Under the pieces are notes generated by a model. That model was not told the DNA's origin, did no database searches, and saw only the letters and a list, made by a program, of their open reading frames with translations. Positions 25,637-31,193 of a stretch of 31,193 nucleotides of DNA are shown one piece after another. Numbering within the stretch: the stretch's first letter is position 1; the number at the start of each line of letters is the position of its first letter. Both the position numbers and the translations under genes were made by a program. This stretch comes from a bacterium (GTDB lineage Bacteria; BMS3Abin14), in assembly GCA_020349685.1 (NCBI GenBank), contig CP070698.1, positions 1,693,208 to 1,724,400 on the forward strand, given 5' to 3'.

Positions 25637-26080
25637 TTGCCTTCCTCCCACAAAAGCGCATACCGCGGTACCGACTACCTCCTCGGCATCCTGGTTCTTC
25701 TCGCGGCAGGCCTTCTGCTGATCTGGACCGCCCGCTACCTGCAGCCTGTACGACTGCCCCCTCTGTCACCTGGTTCCTATCACTTCATAGCCAGGCTTGA
25801 CGACGTGGCTCCCGGCAGCTCCCTCTCTTTCATGCTGGAGGGCCGACCCTGGCTTCTTGCAAGGAGGGAGAGTGAAATCATGGCGGTCTCGGGCCTCTGC
25901 ACTTTTCGCGGCTCGAAGATCCTCTGGGATGAGGACAACCAGGTTTTCCTTTGCGAGGGCCACGGCTGTACCTTCGGATATCGCGGTCACCGCATTCAGG
26001 GCCTTGCGGCAGATCCCCTCGAAACACTGAGGATCAAGATCGTGGGTGAGCGCATTTACGGTGCAAGGCGGCGATCATGA
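25637..26080 (+). CDS. Rieske-fold protein with degenerate cluster motifs (147 aa)
   Basis: N-terminal TM helix + YLQP hinge, then AVSGLCTFRGSKILW...FLCEGHGCTFGYRG..G...PL, which has Rieske spacing. TTG start after GGGGGTG; ATGA overlap with the cytochrome b gene. Confidence 0.82.
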   Translation: MPSSHKSAYRGTDYLLGILVLLAAGLLLIWTARYLQPVRLPPLSPGSYHFIARLDDVAPGSSLSFMLEGRPWLLARRESEIMAVSGLCTFRGSKILWDEDNQVFLCEGHGCTFGYRGHRIQGLAADPLETLRIKIVGERIYGARRRS

Positions 26081-26787
26081 GCAGCAGGGAACGCTCCCAT
26101 CACAAAGGCTCTTCCAGAAGCACCCGGGACCTGTTCGGCCTCCGCGGGTTCCTGTTTGGGTCGGCAGACAGCAGGGCCTCGATGAAGGGAGCCTGGGAAG
26201 CAACCCTCAGAAGACCCGTGGCCCACAGCGGCTGGTCCTCCTGCTTCGGCGGCATCGCCCTCTTTCTTTTTCTCATCCAGGCCGCCACCGGCATCCTCCT
26301 CATGTTCTTTTACATACCGGCCGATCCGGAAGCCTACCGCTCGACGCTCTACATGGCCGGGCAGGCGCCCTTCGGATGGTTTTTCAGGATCATCCACCAC
26401 TGGGCAGGCATAGCCATGATGTTCGCGGTTTCCCTTCACGTCCTGAGGGTGCTCTTCAAGGGCGCTTACCAGGACCCAAGGGACCTGAACTGGATCGTGG
26501 GTTCGGTTCTGTTCTTCCTGACCGCGGGCTTCGTCCTGACCGGTGACCTTCTGCCCTGGACACGATCGGCCTACTGGTCCGCCGAATGGTGGACCAGTCT
26601 GGTGGGAAGCTTCCCCCTCATAGGTCACCAGATCATGCTGTTCCTGCGCGGAGGCGAGAACGTCACCGGATCCACAGTGACAAGGTTCTACGTTTTCCAC
26701 GTCTTCGTGCTTCCGGCCCTTTCCACGCTTTTCATGGTCCTTCATTTTGCCATGGTCAGGAAACTGGGCATTTCGGAGCCGCTGTGA
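26077..26787 (+). CDS. petB: Cytochrome b6-like subunit (4-TM N-terminal half of a split cytochrome b) (236 aa)
   Basis: CFGG, QAATGILLMFFY, RIIHHW..LHVLRV, RFYVFHVFVLP..LHFAMVRKLGISEPL; all four b-heme His present. Confidence 0.9.
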   Translation: MSSRERSHHKGSSRSTRDLFGLRGFLFGSADSRASMKGAWEATLRRPVAHSGWSSCFGGIALFLFLIQAATGILLMFFYIPADPEAYRSTLYMAGQAPFGWFFRIIHHWAGIAMMFAVSLHVLRVLFKGAYQDPRDLNWIVGSVLFFLTAGFVLTGDLLPWTRSAYWSAEWWTSLVGSFPLIGHQIMLFLRGGENVTGSTVTRFYVFHVFVLPALSTLFMVLHFAMVRKLGISEPL

Positions 26788-27209
26788 GAACGTACAAAGG
26801 CAGAAAGAGGCAAACCAGGGGATCGGTCCGGAGGGAGTATCCCTTCTATCCCAACCAGCTCCTCAGGATCCTTATGGCGATCATGGGGACCCTGGCTGCG
26901 GTGGCTGTGCTTTCGGCTCTTTTTCCCCTGTCCCTCGACCTTATCGCCGACCCCTTTGCCAGGCCCGAAGCCGGGACCCGGGCGCTCTGGATCCTGAAAC
27001 CGGTCATCCTGCTCGGCGGCATGCTAAAAAGGCCGGGTCTCACCATAGTCCTTGTTACTTTCCTGGCAGCCCTTTTCGTCCTTCTTCCCGCGCTGGACAG
27101 GTCAGGACAGCGCACCCTGAAACGCAGGCTGCTGATGGCCACCCCGTTCCTGCTCTGGGTCCTCTTTCTGGCTGTCTCGCTGCTGTTTTCGGTGGGAGTT
27201 CCGGGATGA
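26784..27209 (+). CDS. petD: Subunit IV-like (C-terminal half of a split cytochrome b), PEWY motif absent (141 aa)
   Basis: PFYPN, TM helix, ADP..P, TM helix ending LPALDRS, RR, third TM. GTG 26784 overlaps the petB stop, with GGAG upstream. Confidence 0.8.
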   Translation: MRTYKGRKRQTRGSVRREYPFYPNQLLRILMAIMGTLAAVAVLSALFPLSLDLIADPFARPEAGTRALWILKPVILLGGMLKRPGLTIVLVTFLAALFVLLPALDRSGQRTLKRRLLMATPFLLWVLFLAVSLLFSVGVPG

Positions 27210-28468
27210 GGGTCTGCCTGGTCGCAGCGGCCTTTCTACTGATATTCGCACCGGGCGTCCAGGGCATGACGGCCTCCTCCTGTGTTTCCTGCCACGGCGC
27301 CCTCGACCAGAGAAACTCCGAACCGGTCAGGCTCTGGGAAACAGACCTCCACATGGAGTCCGGGCTCGGGTGTCACGATTGTCACGGCGGCGATCCGGGC
27401 AGCATTGATTCGGCCATGTCCCCTTCCAGCGGTTTTAAAACAGCCCCCTCCGGAAGGGAGTCTGTTCAGCTGTGCGGGGGATGTCATTCCCAAGCCGACC
27501 GCATTCCCGACCCCACCACCGCCACGGATCAGATGCACCAGTACCTATCAGGCTCCCACGGCAGGTCCAGCCGAAGCGACAGCCCCACCTGTGTCACCTG
27601 CCACGGCAGCCACGGCATCACCCGTGTCTCGGCCCCTTCCTCACCGGTGTTTCCGACCCGTGTGGTCTCCCTTTGCATCGGCTGCCATGGAGAGGAGACC
27701 GCTTCCGGCCAACCATCACCGGCACTCTACCTTGACGATGTGCATGGGCGCACCCTGTCTGCCGCTGCAAACCCTCGTTCGCCGGCCTGTCCCGATTGCC
27801 ACGGGAGCCACCGCGCCGCAGTGCCCGATACCAGGGGCGCCGTGATGATCTGCGGGAATTGTCACACGATGGAGTACGCCTATTTTCAGGACGGACCCCA
27901 TGGAGATTCCCTGGCCAGGACAGGAGAGCCGTCCTGCATACACTGTCACGGTTATCACGGGATCGTAGCAACGGGGATCGATGAGATCATCGGTCAGATC
28001 GCCGACAACTGCCAGGGGTGCCACCAGGCCGGCAACACCGCCTGGGAGACGGGACGGAAGATCGATGAAGGCCTTGGGGTCGCCATGAGCTTTCTCAGTG
28101 GCCTGGTCAGCAAGTCTGAGGATTTCAGGGCTTCCGGTGTGGACACCGCTGAAATGGACAGGCTGTACAGAGAGGCCCGCGTCCAGCTCCTGCAGGTCGA
28201 ATCGGCCATCCACTCCGTTGACAGCCAATGGGAAGAGTTGACAGGAATGGCTAAAGTGAAGATGATGGCATCCTGGGACCTTGCGAGGGACTACAACCTG
28301 GAGAAAGGGATACGAAGGGTCGTTCTGCTGCTCATGGCCCTTCTGGCCGCCGCCATTCTCGCCCTGCTTTTTTATAAACTCAAGCTCGTCGAAAAGGATC
28401 AGCAAAGGAGGCACCTGCTGGGCAGCCCGGAGGCAATGCAGAGGGAACAGGAGTATCGCCGCAAATGA
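27206..28468 (+). CDS. Membrane-anchored 9-heme cytochrome c (420 aa)
   Basis: ATG 27206 (ATGA overlap, GGGAG upstream), signal peptide, 9 CxxCH (CVSCH, CHDCH, CGGCH, CVTCH, CIGCH, CPDCH, CGNCH, CIHCH, CQGCH), helical stalk and C-terminal TM helix. Confidence 0.9.
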   Translation: MRVCLVAAAFLLIFAPGVQGMTASSCVSCHGALDQRNSEPVRLWETDLHMESGLGCHDCHGGDPGSIDSAMSPSSGFKTAPSGRESVQLCGGCHSQADRIPDPTTATDQMHQYLSGSHGRSSRSDSPTCVTCHGSHGITRVSAPSSPVFPTRVVSLCIGCHGEETASGQPSPALYLDDVHGRTLSAAANPRSPACPDCHGSHRAAVPDTRGAVMICGNCHTMEYAYFQDGPHGDSLARTGEPSCIHCHGYHGIVATGIDEIIGQIADNCQGCHQAGNTAWETGRKIDEGLGVAMSFLSGLVSKSEDFRASGVDTAEMDRLYREARVQLLQVESAIHSVDSQWEELTGMAKVKMMASWDLARDYNLEKGIRRVVLLLMALLAAAILALLFYKLKLVEKDQQRRHLLGSPEAMQREQEYRRK

Positions 28469-29826
28469 AGGCCGCGGGTAAATACTTTTCCCTGATTCGT
28501 AGATTGCGGTTCTACGAGATCCTGCTCCTTGCATGCATAGCTATCGTGCTCGGTGCCTGGAGCGTCAAGGAGATAACCGAATCCGCCCTTTTCTGCGGAA
28601 GCAGCTGCCACGTCATGCGACCGTATTACGAGGACTGGAAGACCTCGGCCCACAGTACCGTGCGGTGCGTCGACTGCCATCTCGAACCTTCGGACGAACA
28701 GCAGTTCGTGCCCCAGTTCAAGGCTGTCAGCCAGGTCGCCAGCTACCTGACGCGTACCTACGGCGAACACAGAAGGGCCGAGGTAAGCGACGCCAATTGC
28801 CTGAGGGAAGGCTGTCATTCCAGGAGGCTCCTGGACGGTAAAGTCACCTTTTCAGGGACCATCCGTTTCGACCACACACCCCACCTCCAGCAGCTCAGGA
28901 GAGGCAAGATCCTCAGATGCACAACCTGTCATTCCCGCGTCGCCATGGGCGAGCATGTAACAGTGGTTCTGGACCCCTGTTTCCTGTGTCATTTCAAGAA
29001 CAGGGAAAAGGGTACGGCCACGATGGAGTGCCTGCTGTGTCACAGCACAGGAGGCGAGGATACCACAACACCGGGGGGCGTCTTCGATCATCGCACCATG
29101 AGACAGAGGGGTGTTCCCTGTACCAGCTGCCACCAGTCCGTCACCAGGGGCAACGGAGAGCTGAGGGCCGCATCGTGCCAGGAGTGCCACGGGCAGCCCA
29201 TGGAGGAAGCTCTTGGTGAACCTGTCGAACTGCTTCACCGGGTCCACGTCACCGACCACAAGGTTGAATGCACGCTCTGCCATGAGCCGATACAGCATTT
29301 CATACCGGATGAGGCTTCCCCTGAAGCCCTCTCCCTTTATTGCAGCTCCTGCCACGAGGGTAAACACAAGGGCATCCTGGACATGTTCCGGGGGACAGGG
29401 GCCAGGGGGGTGGCTTCTTCGCCATCGCCGATGCACAAGGCCCACGTGGGCTGCAACGGCTGCCACATCGTGACGGATCCGGATGCTGGAACACGGGCGT
29501 CCTTTGCGGGCATGAACATGATCGCCGTCAAGGAGGCCTGCCGGGCGTGTCATCCTGCAGGTTATGCTCAAAAGGTCGTTCAATGGGAACGGGACATTTC
29601 CTCGGCCCTTCAGGCCGCAGAAAGGAAACTGAGGACTGCGGGCGAAAAACCGGGCGACGGACCAGAGGGCGACCCCCGCTCTCGCCGCATCCTCGAAAAC
29701 ACCCGGTACAACATCCTCTTTGTCAAGAACAGCGCCCCCATACACAACAGGGACTATGCCGTTCAGATCCTGGAAAAAGCTGCCCAGGACCTGTCAGGCC
29801 TTATCGAACAACCAGAACAGAGGTGA
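28465..29826 (+). CDS. NapC/NirT-like membrane-anchored multiheme cytochrome c, 10 canonical + 2 atypical heme motifs (453 aa)
   Basis: N-terminal TM, TESALFCGSSCHVMRPYYEDWKTSAH..CVDCH (NapC/NirT-type start); 10 CxxCH plus CGSSCH and CLREGCH. Confidence 0.88.
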   Translation: MKAAGKYFSLIRRLRFYEILLLACIAIVLGAWSVKEITESALFCGSSCHVMRPYYEDWKTSAHSTVRCVDCHLEPSDEQQFVPQFKAVSQVASYLTRTYGEHRRAEVSDANCLREGCHSRRLLDGKVTFSGTIRFDHTPHLQQLRRGKILRCTTCHSRVAMGEHVTVVLDPCFLCHFKNREKGTATMECLLCHSTGGEDTTTPGGVFDHRTMRQRGVPCTSCHQSVTRGNGELRAASCQECHGQPMEEALGEPVELLHRVHVTDHKVECTLCHEPIQHFIPDEASPEALSLYCSSCHEGKHKGILDMFRGTGARGVASSPSPMHKAHVGCNGCHIVTDPDAGTRASFAGMNMIAVKEACRACHPAGYAQKVVQWERDISSALQAAERKLRTAGEKPGDGPEGDPRSRRILENTRYNILFVKNSAPIHNRDYAVQILEKAAQDLSGLIEQPEQR

Positions 29827-29830
29827 GAAA

Positions 29831-30475
29831 ATGGCTTTCAAAAAAGTAAGTCGCATCAAAATACCGGATGCTACGATCAGACGCCTGTCCCTTTATGACC
29901 GATGCCTGGAAGGCTTTCTCAAGTCGGGGAAAAAGGTCGTTTCGTCTTCCGACATCGCGAGGAAGTGCGGCACCAATCCGGCCCAGATACGAAAGGACTT
30001 CGCCTACTTCGGCGAGTTCGGCGTACGGGGAGTGGGGTATTACGTGGAAAACCTTCAGGGCGACATCAAGAGGGCTCTGGGAATCGACCGCTCGTGGAAC
30101 TGCGCCCTTGTAGGAGCCGGCAACCTGGGGTTTGCTCTCCTCGGCACCGACTCCCTTGCCAAGCGCGGTTTCAAGATCTCGGCCATCTTCGAGCGCGACC
30201 CCATCCTCGTGGAGATGGGGAGTTTCCAGGGCATCCCCCTCTACCCCATGGAAGAGATGGTGCGCGTCATCCCCGAACTGGGAATACAGATCGGCATCAT
30301 AGCCGTTTCTCCGGATAGCGCCATCAAGGTCGCCCTCAAGCTGACAGACGCCGGTGTGAGAGGCATCCTTAACTTCACACCCACCACCATCAAGGTCCCC
30401 CCCGGGATCATCCTGAAAAATGTCGACTTCGCCATCGACCTGGAGGGGATCGCGTTTCAGCTTAACAACGAATAG
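29831..30475 (+). CDS. rex: Redox-sensing transcriptional repressor Rex (214 aa)
   Basis: IPDATIRRLSLY, QIRKDFAYFGEFGVRGVGY, VGAGNLG, GILNFTP; ATG 29831 after GAGGTGA. Confidence 0.96.
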   Translation: MAFKKVSRIKIPDATIRRLSLYDRCLEGFLKSGKKVVSSSDIARKCGTNPAQIRKDFAYFGEFGVRGVGYYVENLQGDIKRALGIDRSWNCALVGAGNLGFALLGTDSLAKRGFKISAIFERDPILVEMGSFQGIPLYPMEEMVRVIPELGIQIGIIAVSPDSAIKVALKLTDAGVRGILNFTPTTIKVPPGIILKNVDFAIDLEGIAFQLNNE

Positions 30476-30490
30476 AAGCCTTGTGGAGGC

Positions 30491-30562
30491 GAAATTGGAA
30501 AATGGAAATTGGAAATTGGGAAAGAAGTAATGGCCTCCATCTAATTTCTAATCTCTAATTTC
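30491..30562. repeat. Inverted heptamer-array element B
   Basis: GAAATTG GAAAATG GAAATTG GAAATTG (30491-30518), a spacer, then TAATTTC TAATCTC TAATTTC (30542-30562). Confidence 0.8.
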
Positions 30563-30579
30563 TTTTGGGACAGACCCTT

Positions 30580-31167
30580 ATGAAAAAATTCGAGGAACTC
30601 GTCATCCAGAGGGGGAGGGAGTCGGCCTCCCTTATGGGGCAGTTCTGTTCCGAGAAGGCGGGAACAGTGGCCCACATAGCCAATACCATCGTCAAAGCCA
30701 TAAGAGCGGGGGGGAAGGTGCTGGTCCTCGGCAACGGCGGCAGCGCGGCCGACGCCCAGCACTTTGCCGCCGAACTGGTGAACAGGTTCCTCATGGAAAG
30801 GAAAGCCCTGCCCGCAGTGGCCCTCACCACGGACACCTCCGTTCTGACCTCCATCGCCAACGATTACTCTTTCGAACAGGTCTTCAGCCGTCAGGTCGAG
30901 GCGCTCGGACGGGAGGATGACGTCCTCCTGGCCATCTCCACAAGCGGAACATCGCCCAACGTTCTGAAAGCCCTCGAACAGGCCAACCTGCTGTCCATGG
31001 TCACCATCGGCATGACCGGCAGCGATCCCGGCAAACTCTCTCCCCTCTGTGATATCTGCATGGATGTTCCCAGCGGTTCGACCCCGCGGATCCAGGAGGT
31101 CCACCACATGGCCCTGCACATAATATGCGAGATCATGGAGATCATGCTTTTTTCCCATGGAACCTGA
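30580..31167 (+). CDS. gmhA: Phosphoheptose isomerase (D-sedoheptulose-7-phosphate isomerase) (about 195 aa)
   Basis: GNGGSAADAQHFAAEL, ALTTDTS, IANDY, FSRQVEALG, ISTSG, RIQEVH. Confidence 0.92.
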   Translation: MKKFEELVIQRGRESASLMGQFCSEKAGTVAHIANTIVKAIRAGGKVLVLGNGGSAADAQHFAAELVNRFLMERKALPAVALTTDTSVLTSIANDYSFEQVFSRQVEALGREDDVLLAISTSGTSPNVLKALEQANLLSMVTIGMTGSDPGKLSPLCDICMDVPSGSTPRIQEVHHMALHIICEIMEIMLFSHGT

Positions 31168-31193
31168 GGACCGGTATCCCCATACTCCCTTGA

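Noticed and set aside
26586-27205. ORF-track starts at 26586 and 26747 implying long gene overlaps (also 12737, 18965, 19851, 29720)
   Set aside because: Later starts have SD sequences, most also 4-bp stop/start overlaps, and they match expected protein N-termini; the extensions are low-information sequence.
25637-27209. Pseudogene status for the Rieske/cytochrome b genes
   Set aside because: Frames are full-length and coupled, a promoter is present and heme ligands are kept; not excluded without dN/dS, but not supported.

Overview
High-GC bacterial window, most consistent with a Desulfobacterota/deltaproteobacterium-like anaerobe (inference from gene content and order). It is almost entirely a bioenergetics cluster. 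Minus strand (19764 to 1): a complex I operon nuoA-B-C-D-E1-F1-G1-[cNMP-fold protein]-E2-F2/GltD fusion-G2-[Zn-ribbon TPR protein]-H-I-J-K-L-M(partial). It therefore carries two different electron-input modules: a conventional NADH one, and one with HydB-type bifurcation signatures fused to an NADP(H)-type FAD domain. Plus strand (20112 to 31167): hemL, the F0-only atpZ-atpI-atpB-atpE, a 6.4-kb cytochrome cassette, rex and gmhA. The cassette holds a split CbcL-like 11-heme c + cytochrome b pair, Rieske-like protein, cytochrome b6-like subunit, subunit IV, a 9-heme cytochrome c and a NapC-like 10-12-heme cytochrome. Two candidates for undescribed systems stand out. (1) A Rieske/cytochrome b complex whose quinol-oxidation (Qo) site appears dismantled in all three subunits while the b-heme and heme ci ligands are intact. 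(2) The dual-input complex I. No RNA genes, CRISPR arrays or transposases were seen. Three intergenic heptamer-repeat elements and several candidate promoters/operators are present. All assignments come from reading motifs by eye; no searches were run.
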